Positions 26,970 to 36,516 are shown, numbered from the stretch's first letter. The stretch is 64,000 nt of DNA from Steroidobacteraceae bacterium (GCA_035541695.1 DATKMV010000041.1:76583-140582), one strand, 5' to 3'. Notes: generated by a model not told the origin, from the sequence alone. A program made the numbers and translations.

Positions 26970-27538
26970 CAGCCGCCCCGGGCCCGATCGAGCGTCACTC
27001 CCGGCGGAGCCTGTGCCACGACCATTGCGTAACGGCGGCGCTCCTCGAGAATCGAGTCCGCATCGATGCCGGCGAGCGCACGCCAGTCGGCGGCGCGGTT
27101 GCTGGAAGCGAGCAGCGCGTCGAGCGCCTCGCGCCGTGTACTCCATACGCCGTTGAAGTAATCGCTGAACGCGCTCCAGGCTTGCGGACCGCGCGTGCCG
27201 GCGGAAGTTTGCGGCCCGCCACAGGCGGCTTCGAGCTTCGCCAGCGCATCGCGACTGCGGCCCGGACGTGCCAGCACCTCCTCGAATGCGCGGCGCGCCG
27301 GATCGGCGGCACCGAAGCGCTTCTGGAGGAGATCCACCACACGCTGATCGCGCTCCTCGAACCAGGCGAGCACGCACGCGAGGTAGGCGACACAGGCGCG
27401 GCGAAACGCGCCGACCGGTTCGCCACCGGGGCCCGCTGCAGTATCCCCCGGAAGCACGGCAGCGCAGGCATTCGCAACGGCGCTGGCGTGAGCCCGCTCG
27501 AGCGCGAGCTGGTTGCGAATCAGTTGAATCTCGTTCAT
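26969..27538 (-). CDS. hypothetical protein (189 aa)
   Basis: ORF with coding-like codon usage. Its TGA overlaps the ATG of the mocA-like gene by 1 nt. I recognise no motif. Confidence 0.5.
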   Translation of the reverse strand: MNEIQLIRNQLALERAHASAVANACAAVLPGDTAAGPGGEPVGAFRRACVAYLACVLAWFEERDQRVVDLLQKRFGAADPARRAFEEVLARPGRSRDALAKLEAACGGPQTSAGTRGPQAWSAFSDYFNGVWSTRREALDALLASSNRAADWRALAGIDADSILEERRRYAMVVAQAPPGVTLDRARGG

Positions 27539-27574
27539 GGTCTGCGCAGAAATAACACAAATTATATCTTATAA
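27539..27574 (-). promoter_or_regulatory. AT-rich spacer with a sigma70-like -10 hexamer upstream of the 189-aa ORF
   Basis: 36-nt AT-rich island in GC-rich DNA. Minus-strand TATAAT lies at 27566-27561, about 22 nt upstream of the ATG at 27538. Confidence 0.3.
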
Positions 27575-28627
27575 TTACTTGATTCCATGCAAGTAAGTGT
27601 GCAGCTGCGCCACGATGGAAAGCGCAATCGACTCCGGACCTCGCCCGCCGATCACGATTCCAACCGGCGCATGCAGGCGGCCTTCGAGCCTCTTCGCATC
27701 CGCACCCAACTCGCCGAGCAACCGCTCGCGTCTCGCCGCGGGGCCGAGCAGACCGACGAAGGGCAGCGAGCTCGCCGCCAGCACCCGCAGGTACGCGAGG
27801 TCCGCGGTCAGCTGGTGGCTCATCACGACGGCCGCTGCAAACCCCCTCAGATCGAGACTCTCCGCGAGTCTCTCCGGCCGTGCAAGGAGCACCTGCTCGG
27901 CCTGCGGAAACTGCCGCTGCGAGGCATAGGCCTCGCGGTGATCGACGAGCGTCACCTTCCAGTCGAGTCGCACCGCGAAGTCCACGAGCGGCCGGGCGTC
28001 GGGTCCCGCGCCGAGAACGAGGATGCGTGGAGGCAGCGCGAGCGGCACCGCGAAGAGCTTCCAGGAGGAGCGCTCGATCCAGGCCGTCTCGCCCGAACTC
28101 GCGCAGCGCTGCAGCAGCTCCTGCACCGCGGCCCCCGCGGTCGATGCCAGCTCGCCCGCGGGCGCCGGAGCGCCCGGGACCACGACGCTGCCGATGCGCA
28201 CGTCCGGGTGTGAGGACTCCACGATGAGTCCAACCGCGGCAGGCCGGTGTGCGCCGAGCGCCGCCGCGAGATGCTCGAGCGGCTGCCAGCCGTTCGCGGG
28301 ACCGACCTGCAGGAGCAGGATCTGCATCGCCCCTTCGCAGCCGAGTCCGAGCCCCCAGAGTCCATCGACGGCGCTGCGCGTGTCGTAGTGCACAGTGCGC
28401 GCCACGCCGCTGGCAATGACGCTGCGCGCGTGCTCGCGCAGGTCGCCCTCGAGACAGCCGCCGGAGATGAGTCCCGCGTACTCTCCATCGCCGGCGATCA
28501 GGATGAGTGCGCCGGGCTTGCGATAGGTGGAGCCCCGCGCATGCACGAGCACGCCGAGGCCCAGCGGGCGGCCGGCGGCGCGTTCGCGCTGGTAGAGCGG
28601 CAACAGCGGACCGAGTGTGGCCTCCAT
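27575..28627 (-). CDS. XdhC/CoxI-family molybdoenzyme maturation protein
   Basis: GSTYRKPGALILIAGDGEYAGLISGGCLEGDL (XdhC N-terminal domain) and a Rossmann-like C-terminal domain (ILVLGAGPDARPLV, VVMSHQLTADL). I prefer the ATG at 28627 over 28666. Confidence 0.8.
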   Translation of the reverse strand: MEATLGPLLPLYQRERAAGRPLGLGVLVHARGSTYRKPGALILIAGDGEYAGLISGGCLEGDLREHARSVIASGVARTVHYDTRSAVDGLWGLGLGCEGAMQILLLQVGPANGWQPLEHLAAALGAHRPAAVGLIVESSHPDVRIGSVVVPGAPAPAGELASTAGAAVQELLQRCASSGETAWIERSSWKLFAVPLALPPRILVLGAGPDARPLVDFAVRLDWKVTLVDHREAYASQRQFPQAEQVLLARPERLAESLDLRGFAAAVVMSHQLTADLAYLRVLAASSLPFVGLLGPAARRERLLGELGADAKRLEGRLHAPVGIVIGGRGPESIALSIVAQLHTYLHGIK

Positions 28628-28752
28628 GCCCGCGCGATTATGCCAGCGCGGCGACCGGGCACTCATACAGACAGTGCGCGGATCGTTGCGCGTTGCAGAG
28701 AGCGTCAGTAGAGTCGCACGGCCTCTCCGGCATCCACCAAGCTCTGGTTGAA

Positions 28753-31254
28753 ATGGTCCAGCCCGATCCCTGGGTCGTGCACAAATTCGGGGGGTCGAGC
28801 GTCGCCGACGCCGACTGCTTCCGCAAAGTGGCGGCCATACTCGAAGCCGCGCCTGCGGGGCGCCTGGCCGTAGTATTGTCGGCCTGCCGCGGCGTCACCG
28901 ACGCGCTGCTGCGCCTGGTCGCGCTCGCGGAGCGACACGATGAGCGCGTGGCTGCGGAGATTGCGCAGCTGCGCGACCGCCATGTGGCGATTGCCGAGGA
29001 GCTGCTCAGCGCGCCAGCGGCGCAACGCTACCGGGCCGCCTTCGACAGCGATTGCCGCGACCTGAGGGAAGTGCTGCGCTCGCTGCAGCTGCCGCGCTCG
29101 CTCGAGCACCCGCGCGGCTCGGCCCGCGATGTCACCGATCTGGTCGCGGGTTACGGCGAGGTCTGGTCCACGCGGCTCTTCCAGCGCTTCTTCGCCGAGC
29201 GCGCGCGCCGGCCGGGACCGACCGCCTGGCTCGATGCACGACGGGTCGTGGTGGTCGAATGGGGCCCGCTCGGCCCGGGCGTGCAATGGCCCGAGTCGCG
29301 CGCGAATCTGGCGGCGCAGGTGCCCGCGCAGTTCGACGGCACCCTCATCATCACCGGCTTCGTCGCGGTGGACCGCCGCGGGGTTCCGACCACCCTCGGC
29401 CGCAACGGCAGCGATTTCTCCGCTTCCATCTTCGGCGCGCTGCTCGGATCGACCGAGATAGTGATCTGGACGGATGTGGACGGCGTGTTGTCCGCGGACC
29501 CGCGCCGCGTCCCCGATGCGACGGTGATCGACTCGCTCTCCTACAACGAGGCGATGGAGCTCGCATACTTCGGCGCCAAGGTCATCCATCCGCAGACCAT
29601 CGCGCCGGCGGTGCAGGGCCGCATCCCCATCTGGATCCGCAACACCTTCGACCCGCAGAAAGCCGGTACGCTGATCTGCGCCGAGCCTGCCTCGCGGCTG
29701 CCGGTGAAGGGCATCACCAGCATCGAGCGGGTCGCACTCGTCAACCTCGAGGGCACCGGCATGATCGGCGTGCCGGGCACCGCGCACCGGCTGTTCGGCG
29801 CGCTGCGCGAGGAGGGGATCTCGGTCATCCTCATCTCGCAGGGCAGCTCCGAGCACTCGATCTGCTGCGCCATTCCCCAGGAGCAGGCCGAGCGCGCCGC
29901 CGCGGTCGTGCGCCACGCCTTCGAGCGCGAGCTCGAGGAAGGGCAGATCCAGAGCGTCGAGATCGATGCCGACCAGGCGATACTCGCCGTGGTGGGCGAT
30001 GGCATGGCCGGCACGCCCGGCATCGCCGCCAAGGTGTTCACTGCCCTCGGCGACTCGGGCGTGAACGTGCGGGCCATCGCGCAGGGCGCCTCGGAGCGGA
30101 ACATCTCCGTGGTCGTCGAAGGCCGCAGCGCCATGCGCGCATTGCGCGCGGTGCACGCGGGTCTGTATCTCTCCCCACACACGCTGTCGATCGGCGTCAT
30201 CGGCCCAGGCACCGTCGGCCGTGTGCTGCTCGATCAGCTCGCGGCGCAGAGCGAGCACCTGCGTCAGCAGTTTCGGCTCGACCTGCGGGTCCGCGGCATC
30301 ATGGGCTCGCAACAGATGCTGCTGGCCGATACCAACATTCCGATGCGGGACTGGCGGGCGCAGTACGAGCACAGCGCACGCGCGGCAGACATGGAACGGT
30401 TCGTCGAGCACGTGCGGCTCGATTACCTGCCGCACACGGTGCTGGTGGATTGCACCGCGAGTGCTGCGGTTGCATCGCACTACGCCGACTGGCTCGGCGC
30501 CGGCATCCACATCGTAACACCGAACAAGAAGGCGAACAGCGGCGAGTACGCTTACTACCAGCGTCTGCAGAGCGCACGGCGCAGCGGCGGGTCGCACTAT
30601 CTCTACGAAGCGACGGTGGGCGCTGCACTGCCGATCGTGCAGACGCTGCGCGACCTGGTGCAGACCGGCGACGAGATCACTGGCATCGAGGGCATCTTCT
30701 CGGGCACGCTCGCGTATCTGTTCAACAGCTACGACGGGCGGCGCGGCTTTGCGGAGATCGTGCAGGAGGCGCGGGCGCGCGGCTTCACCGAGCCTGACCC
30801 GCGCGATGATCTCTCGGGACAGGACGTGGCGCGCAAGCTCATCATACTCGGGCGCGAGATGGGCCTGCCGCTCGAGCTGCGCGGGGTGAAGCTCGAGAAC
30901 CTCGTTCCCCCGGAGCTCACCGGTAGCTCCATCGAGGAATTCATGGCGCGCCTGCCCGCCTATGATGGGGCCATGGCGCGGCGGCTTGCCGCGGCACAGG
31001 CGCGTGGCAAGGTGCTGCGCTACACGGGCACGCTGAGCTCCACCGGCGAGGCGAGCGTCGGACTCGTGGAACTCGATGTGCGCCATCCTTTCGCCAACAT
31101 CGCGCTCACCGACAACGTGGTGCGCTTCGCCAGCCGCCGCTACCGCGACAACCCCCTCATCGTGCAAGGTCCCGGCGCCGGCCCCGAAGTCACCGCCGGC
31201 GGTGTGTTTGCCGACCTGCTGCGGCTCGCCGCCTACCTCGGGGCGCGGCTATGA
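28753..31254 (+). CDS. thrA: bifunctional aspartokinase / homoserine dehydrogenase
   Basis: ATG at 28753 (MVQPDPWVVHKFGGSSVAD). Aspartokinase, two ACT domains and homoserine dehydrogenase (IGVIGPGTVGRVLL). About 833 aa, similar to E. coli ThrA. Confidence 0.9.
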   Translation: MVQPDPWVVHKFGGSSVADADCFRKVAAILEAAPAGRLAVVLSACRGVTDALLRLVALAERHDERVAAEIAQLRDRHVAIAEELLSAPAAQRYRAAFDSDCRDLREVLRSLQLPRSLEHPRGSARDVTDLVAGYGEVWSTRLFQRFFAERARRPGPTAWLDARRVVVVEWGPLGPGVQWPESRANLAAQVPAQFDGTLIITGFVAVDRRGVPTTLGRNGSDFSASIFGALLGSTEIVIWTDVDGVLSADPRRVPDATVIDSLSYNEAMELAYFGAKVIHPQTIAPAVQGRIPIWIRNTFDPQKAGTLICAEPASRLPVKGITSIERVALVNLEGTGMIGVPGTAHRLFGALREEGISVILISQGSSEHSICCAIPQEQAERAAAVVRHAFERELEEGQIQSVEIDADQAILAVVGDGMAGTPGIAAKVFTALGDSGVNVRAIAQGASERNISVVVEGRSAMRALRAVHAGLYLSPHTLSIGVIGPGTVGRVLLDQLAAQSEHLRQQFRLDLRVRGIMGSQQMLLADTNIPMRDWRAQYEHSARAADMERFVEHVRLDYLPHTVLVDCTASAAVASHYADWLGAGIHIVTPNKKANSGEYAYYQRLQSARRSGGSHYLYEATVGAALPIVQTLRDLVQTGDEITGIEGIFSGTLAYLFNSYDGRRGFAEIVQEARARGFTEPDPRDDLSGQDVARKLIILGREMGLPLELRGVKLENLVPPELTGSSIEEFMARLPAYDGAMARRLAAAQARGKVLRYTGTLSSTGEASVGLVELDVRHPFANIALTDNVVRFASRRYRDNPLIVQGPGAGPEVTAGGVFADLLRLAAYLGARL

Positions 31255-32201
31255 GCAGCGTGGAGCGCCGGCGGGCGACCGCGTACGCGCCGGCCTCGGT
31301 CGGCAACGTGGCCATCGGCTTCGACATTCTCGGCTTTGCCATCGACTCGCTCGGGGATCGGGTGACGGTGTCGCGCCGTGAGGAGCCCGGGGTCGAGATC
31401 AGCGCGGTGCGCGGCGTGGCGGGTGAGCTGCCGCGGGAAGCGCGCGCTAACACCGCCGGGCGCGCATTGCTGGCGTTGCACGATGCGGTACGCCCCGGTT
31501 TCGGCTTTTGCCTCGAGATCGACAAGGGAATCCCGCTCGGCTCCGGGCTCGGCGGCTCGGCTGCCTCCGCGGTCGGCGCCGTGGTCGCCGCCAACGCGCT
31601 GTTGCCGCGCCCCCTGAGCCGGCTCGATCTGCTGCAGTTCGCCATCGCGGGCGAGGCGGTCGCGAGCGGTGGGCGGCATGCCGATAACATTGCACCCTCG
31701 CTCTACGGCGGGCTCGTGCTCACGGTCGGCATCGACCATCCGCGGGTGAAGCAGATTCCCGTGCCCGCATCGATCCGTGCCGTCATCGTCCACCCGCACA
31801 TGTTCCTCGCCACCTCGCAGGCGCGGGCCATTCTCAGCTTGAGCGTCGAGCTGTCGGACTTCGTGTGGCAGACCGCCAATCTCGCCGGCTTCATCTCCGG
31901 CTGCTACACCGACGATCTCGACATGATCCGCGCTTCGTTCGAGGACGTGGTGATCGAGCCGCAGCGCGCGGCGCTCATCCCGGGCTTCCAGGAGGTGCGC
32001 CGTGGCGCAATGGAGGCGGGAGCGCTCGGCTGCTCGATCTCCGGCGCGGGACCTTCCATGTTCGCCTGGTCGCTCGAAGCCACGGTGCCGGCGGTGCTCG
32101 CGGCCATGCGTCGGGAGTTCGCGCGCCAATCCCTCGCGACCGACCACTGGGTCGTGGAGGTGAGCTCGCCCGGTGCGCGCGTGATCGAGACTGACGCATG
32201 A
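31251..32201 (+). CDS. thrB: homoserine kinase
   Basis: GHMP kinase motif PLGSGLGGSAASAV. ATGA overlap with thrA. Confidence 0.9.
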   Translation: MSSVERRRATAYAPASVGNVAIGFDILGFAIDSLGDRVTVSRREEPGVEISAVRGVAGELPREARANTAGRALLALHDAVRPGFGFCLEIDKGIPLGSGLGGSAASAVGAVVAANALLPRPLSRLDLLQFAIAGEAVASGGRHADNIAPSLYGGLVLTVGIDHPRVKQIPVPASIRAVIVHPHMFLATSQARAILSLSVELSDFVWQTANLAGFISGCYTDDLDMIRASFEDVVIEPQRAALIPGFQEVRRGAMEAGALGCSISGAGPSMFAWSLEATVPAVLAAMRREFARQSLATDHWVVEVSSPGARVIETDA

Positions 32202-33526
32202 CCGAGCCGTTTCTCTACCGCAGCTCACGCGCACCGGCGGACCGCTGCAGCTTCAGTCAGGCGGTGCGGCAGGGGCTGGCACCCGATGGCGGGCTGTACG
32301 TGCCCGTGGCATGGCCGGCGCTCGCGGCCGAGGACTTCGCGGGCGAGAGCGAACTCGCCGCGATTGCCGCCCGGCTCCTGCGGCCGTTTCTCGCCGGTGA
32401 TGCGCTCGCCGCCGAATTGCCCGACATCGCGCGCGAGGCGCTCGATTTTCCCGCGCCGCTCGTGGCGCTCGAGGGCGATGGCCAGCTCTCGGTGCTCGAG
32501 CTCTTCCACGGCCCCACTGCCGCCTTCAAGGACTTCGGCGCGCGCTTTCTCGCGGCCTGCTTCGCCCGGATGCCCCACGGCGATCAACGGCCGCTGACGA
32601 TCCTGGTGGCGACCTCCGGCGACACCGGCGGCGCCGTCGCAGCCGCATTCCACCGCCGGCCGGGAGTCGAGGTGGCGGTGCTCTATCCGCAAGGACTGGT
32701 GTCGCCGACCCAGGAGCGGCAGCTCACCTGCTGGGGTGACAACGTGCGCGCGCTCGCGGTGCGCGGCACCTTCGATGACTGCCAGCGGCTCGTCAAAGGG
32801 GCCTTCCTCGACGCAGAGCTGCGCGCCGAGCGGCGGCTGTCATCCGCCAACAGCATCAACCTCGGTCGGCTCCTGCCACAGAGCTCCTACTACGCTGCCG
32901 CGAGTCTCGAGACGTGGCGCCGCTATGGCGAGCCGGCCTCGTTCATCATACCGAGCGGCAATCTCGGTAATGCGCTCGCCGCGCTCTGGGCACGACGGAT
33001 GGGGCTGCCGGTGGGGGAGGTGCTGCTCGCACACAACGCCAACCGCACGGTGCCGGAGTTTCTCGCCAGCGGTGAGTGGCGGCCGCGTGCGAGTGTCGCG
33101 ACGCTCGCCTCGGCGATGGATGTCGGCGATCCGAGCAACATGGAGCGCCTGCGCGCACTGTACCCGCAGTGGGATGAGCTGCGCAGCGCGGTGAGCGCCT
33201 GCTCGGTGAGTGATGAAGAGATCCGCGCCGGTATCCGCGCCGGCTACCGCGACTACCGACAGATCTGGTGCCCGCACACCGCGACCGCCGCCGAAGCATG
33301 GCGGCGGCTCACCCCGGCACGGCGTGCGGAGCGGCGCTGGGTACTCGTCGCCACCGCCCATGCGGCGAAATTCCGTGAGATCGTCGAGCCGCTCATCGGG
33401 CGCGAGGTCCCCATGCCGCCGACGCTCACGCGGCTGTTCGCACGGCCCGTGCACTGTGTTGAAATCGATGCCACGCTCGCAGCGCTGCGCGCACAGCTGC
33501 TTGGGAGGGCTGCGTGGATGAGCTGA
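32198..33526 (+). CDS. thrC: threonine synthase
   Basis: GLAPDGGLYVP and the PLP-lysine motif FHGPTAAFKDFG. ATGA overlap with thrB. Confidence 0.9.
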   Translation: MTEPFLYRSSRAPADRCSFSQAVRQGLAPDGGLYVPVAWPALAAEDFAGESELAAIAARLLRPFLAGDALAAELPDIAREALDFPAPLVALEGDGQLSVLELFHGPTAAFKDFGARFLAACFARMPHGDQRPLTILVATSGDTGGAVAAAFHRRPGVEVAVLYPQGLVSPTQERQLTCWGDNVRALAVRGTFDDCQRLVKGAFLDAELRAERRLSSANSINLGRLLPQSSYYAAASLETWRRYGEPASFIIPSGNLGNALAALWARRMGLPVGEVLLAHNANRTVPEFLASGEWRPRASVATLASAMDVGDPSNMERLRALYPQWDELRSAVSACSVSDEEIRAGIRAGYRDYRQIWCPHTATAAEAWRRLTPARRAERRWVLVATAHAAKFREIVEPLIGREVPMPPTLTRLFARPVHCVEIDATLAALRAQLLGRAAWMS

Positions 33527-34128
33527 GAAGACTGCCGCCGCTCGCCTGGCTGCTGATTGCGGCGGCAGCGGTGTTCGGCTTCCTGCTGTTCTGGGCATGG
33601 AGCTGGTATCGGCAATACCGGGCGCGCAAGGCATTGCACGCCACCGTCACCGCGAGCGCCGCCGATCACCTGGTCGATTCACTGGTGCCCGATGGCATGG
33701 GCGGCGCCTACCACGTCGATTATCTGCTGCTCACCCTGCGCGGGGTGGTGGTCATCGATCTGCGCGACGTGAAAGGCAACATCTTCGGCGGCGATCAGAT
33801 GGTCGAGTGGACGGTGATGGACGGCGCACGTCGCTTCACCTTCACCAATCCGCAGAGCGCGCTCTACGACCGGATCGCCGCGGTGAAGGCGGTGGCCGGC
33901 GAGGTGCCGGTCGAAGGCCGTATCGTCTTTACACGCCGTGGCCGCTTTCCCAAGGGGCTGCCGAAGTGGACGCTGATGATCGATGCCTTGCGCGCCGAGT
34001 TTCCCACAGCGGACTTCGAGTCACCGGCGGAGACCATCGCACGCTTTCGGGAGGGCTGGCAGAGCCTGCGCGATGCGGTGAAGCCGAGCTCCATGAGCGC
34101 ACACGCGACCAAGCTGCGCGTGCCCTGA
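33514..34128 (+). CDS. NERD-domain membrane protein
   Basis: GTG at 33514 with GGGAGGG upstream, overlapping thrC by 13 nt. One N-terminal TM helix (LAWLLIAAAAVFGFLLFWAWSWY), then a NERD-like core (HVDYLLLTLRGVVVIDLRDVKGNIFG...W). Confidence 0.65.
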   Translation: MDELRRLPPLAWLLIAAAAVFGFLLFWAWSWYRQYRARKALHATVTASAADHLVDSLVPDGMGGAYHVDYLLLTLRGVVVIDLRDVKGNIFGGDQMVEWTVMDGARRFTFTNPQSALYDRIAAVKAVAGEVPVEGRIVFTRRGRFPKGLPKWTLMIDALRAEFPTADFESPAETIARFREGWQSLRDAVKPSSMSAHATKLRVP

Positions 34129-34155
34129 GCCACGCGCGGGGGGCCGCGTGCTCAG
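34125..34155. terminator. hairpin spanning both stop codons of the convergent NERD and M20 genes
   Basis: CTGAG-c-CACGCG (34125-34136) pairs with CGCGTG-CTCAG (34145-34155) around an 8-nt G-rich loop. No clear U-tract on either strand. Confidence 0.35.
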
Positions 34156-35582
34156 GACGCTGCGAGCACTCTGGCCTGCTCGGCGAGCACCAGGGACACG
34201 CACGCGGTGAGCTTCTTCGCGTACTCGATGTGCAGGAACTCGTTCGGCCCGTGCGCATTCGCCTGCGGTCCGAGCACACCGGTTATGAAGAACTGCGTCC
34301 GCGGGAAGCGTTCACCGAGCATTCCCATGAACGGAATGGTTCCGCCGCACCCGATGTGCACGGCAGTCTTCCCATACACCGCCTCCGAGGCGCGCGCGAT
34401 CGATTGCTCGAGCCACGGGGCGAATGCCGGCGCGTTCCAGCCGGAGTTCCCGGAGGCATCCTCGAAGCGCACCTGGGCGCCATAGGGAGGCTCGCGCTCG
34501 AGTGTCTCGCGCAGCGCGCGCTCCGCGCGCGCCGCGTCGGAGGTCGGCGGCAGGCGCAGTGAGAGCTTCACCGCGAGTTCCGGCAGCAGCACGTTGCCCG
34601 CCGAGCCGATCGGCGGCAGCCCCTCGGCGCCGGTCACGGCGAGCGTGGCGCGCCAGGTGCTGTTGATGATGAGCTCGGTCGGATCGTTGGAGACCGGCTG
34701 CGCCCCCGGCACCCACGGCAACTTCCCGGCCACTTCGCGTCCCAACACCTGCGCGGCGGCGCTCGCCTGGGCGCGCCGGTCACGCGGCAGATTGACGTGC
34801 AGCTCATCGAGCAGCACATCCCCGGTGATGGGACTCTCGATGCGCGCCAGCAGCTGCTCGAGAATCCGGAAAGGCGTCGGGGCGATGCCGGTCGCCATCC
34901 CGGAGTGCACGCCCTCCGTCAACACGCGTACGCGCAGCGTGCCGACCAGATTTCCGCGCAGCGAGGTCGTACACCACACCTGCTCGTAGTTGCCGCATTC
35001 CGCATCGAGGCAGATGACCAGCGAGGGCTCACCGAGGCTGTCACCGAGCGCCGCCAGATGTGCGGGCAGGTCCACGCTGCCACTTTCCTCGCACGCTTCG
35101 ATCAGCAGCACGCAGCGCGGCAGGCGCACCCGCTGCTCCTTCAATGCGGCGATGGCGGTGAGTGAGCTGAAGACGGCATAGCCATCGTCGGCCGCGCCGC
35201 GACCGTAGAGCCGGCCGTCGCGGACCACCGGCTCCCAGGGGCCGAGGCCCGGGAGCCAGCCCGTGAATTCCGGTTGCTTGTCGAGATGGCCATAGAGCAG
35301 GGTGCAGCCCGGCAGCTCCCCCGGCACATCCACCAGCAGCACGGGCGTGCGGCCCGGGAGCCGCCGCACCTCGATGCGTGCCCCGGGCACCTGCTGCGCG
35401 CGGCACCATTCCGCCATCAGCTGCACCGCAGCCTCCATGTAGCCGTTGCGCTCCCACTGCGGATCGAACATGGGGGACTTGTTCGGGATGCGTACGTACG
35501 CGATGAGTCGATCGAGGATCGACTCATCCCAGGTGCGGCCGATGCGGGCTGTCAGTCGTTCGAGGTCCATGGTCGATTTCAT
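34152..35582 (-). CDS. M20-family metallopeptidase (dipeptidase/deacylase)
   Basis: 476 aa, with YGHLDKQP and GRGAADDGYA metal-ligand motifs of the ArgE/DapE/CPG2 family. Confidence 0.8.
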   Translation of the reverse strand: MKSTMDLERLTARIGRTWDESILDRLIAYVRIPNKSPMFDPQWERNGYMEAAVQLMAEWCRAQQVPGARIEVRRLPGRTPVLLVDVPGELPGCTLLYGHLDKQPEFTGWLPGLGPWEPVVRDGRLYGRGAADDGYAVFSSLTAIAALKEQRVRLPRCVLLIEACEESGSVDLPAHLAALGDSLGEPSLVICLDAECGNYEQVWCTTSLRGNLVGTLRVRVLTEGVHSGMATGIAPTPFRILEQLLARIESPITGDVLLDELHVNLPRDRRAQASAAAQVLGREVAGKLPWVPGAQPVSNDPTELIINSTWRATLAVTGAEGLPPIGSAGNVLLPELAVKLSLRLPPTSDAARAERALRETLEREPPYGAQVRFEDASGNSGWNAPAFAPWLEQSIARASEAVYGKTAVHIGCGGTIPFMGMLGERFPRTQFFITGVLGPQANAHGPNEFLHIEYAKKLTACVSLVLAEQARVLAAS

Positions 35583-35630
35583 TCTTTAAAACAGAAGGTT
35601 GTAACGATTTATGTAGGTTGATTCGAGAGA

Positions 35631-36437
35631 CTACGTCGCGACTCCTCGAGGCAGCGGAAGCGCGAACAGATCGCGCGCCGCCGCGGTGCTCGAGCGCGCG
35701 AGCGAGGCGAGCGGCTCCCCGCGCGCACGCGCAACGGCGGCGGCGATGTGTGGAAGATACGCCGGTTCGTTGCGCCGCGAGGCGGGTTTCGGCGTCATAT
35801 CGCGCGGCAACAGATAGGGTCCGTCCGTCTCGAGCAGCAGCCGCTCGGGCGGCACCCGCGGCATGAGCGCGCCGAGATGGGCGCCGCGGCGCTCATCACA
35901 GGCCCAGCCGGTGATGCCGATCGCGAGTCCGAGGTCGAGGTACTCCTGCAGCTGCTCGGCGGTGCCCGTGAAGCAGTGCGCGACGCCGCGCCAGGTGCTG
36001 GCGTGCTCGCGCAGTATCGCCAGAAAATCCGCGTGCGCGTCGCGCTGGTGGAGGAACACCGGCTTGCCGAGGCTGGCGGCGAGCTCGAGCTGACGGTGGA
36101 AGGCGCGCTGTTGCGCCTCACGGGGTGAGAAATTGCGGAAGTAGTCGAGTCCGCACTCGCCGACCGCAACGATCTCCGGGTGGCGCGCAAGCTCGCGCAG
36201 CTCACTCAGCGCGTCGGTACCGAGATCAGTGGCGTGGTGGGGGTGAACTCCGGCGGTGGCAAAGAGTCTGCGCGGGTGTGCGCGTGCGATTGCGACGGCG
36301 GCGCGGGTGCCCGCCAGGGTGGCTCCCGTGACCACCATCTGCACCACACCCGCCGCACGTGCGCGCTCGATCACGGCCTCACGGTCGCGATCGTAGCTGT
36401 CGTGCGTCAGGTTGATGCCGATGTCGATGAGTGACAT
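35631..36437 (-). CDS. TatD-family hydrolase
   Basis: Track ORF trimmed to the ATG at 36437 (MSLIDIGINLTHDSY). GVHPHH, GECGLDYF and LETDGPYL motifs. Confidence 0.85.
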   Translation of the reverse strand: MSLIDIGINLTHDSYDRDREAVIERARAAGVVQMVVTGATLAGTRAAVAIARAHPRRLFATAGVHPHHATDLGTDALSELRELARHPEIVAVGECGLDYFRNFSPREAQQRAFHRQLELAASLGKPVFLHQRDAHADFLAILREHASTWRGVAHCFTGTAEQLQEYLDLGLAIGITGWACDERRGAHLGALMPRVPPERLLLETDGPYLLPRDMTPKPASRRNEPAYLPHIAAAVARARGEPLASLARSSTAAARDLFALPLPRGVAT

Positions 36438-36516
36438 CGGCTCCTCGGGGGCCGCTGTCACGGACCCTGTGCTATGGTCTGTCATGGGAGCGGCTATCTT
36501 ACTGAATGAGGCGGAA

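Noticed and set aside
28628-28752. A possible thr leader peptide or attenuator upstream of thrA, as in E. coli thrL.
   Set aside because: The only short ORF in the spacer (MPARRPGTHTDSARIVARCRERQ) is not Thr/Ile-rich, and I see no alternative terminator/antiterminator pairing.
28705-31167. 820-aa ORF on the minus strand, one of many very long antisense ORFs. Others include 48352..50895 +, 23964..25415 -, 60714..62024 +, 1179..2372 -, 2522..3961 -, 4076..5113 -, 15865..17184 + and 62021..63109 +.
   Set aside because: Each lies exactly opposite a gene with strong recognisable homology (thrA, acnA, cysI/maoC/citE, amaB and so on). Their translations are Arg/Ala/Gly/Pro-rich low-complexity strings with no motifs. 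Long stop-free antisense frames are expected in high-GC DNA.
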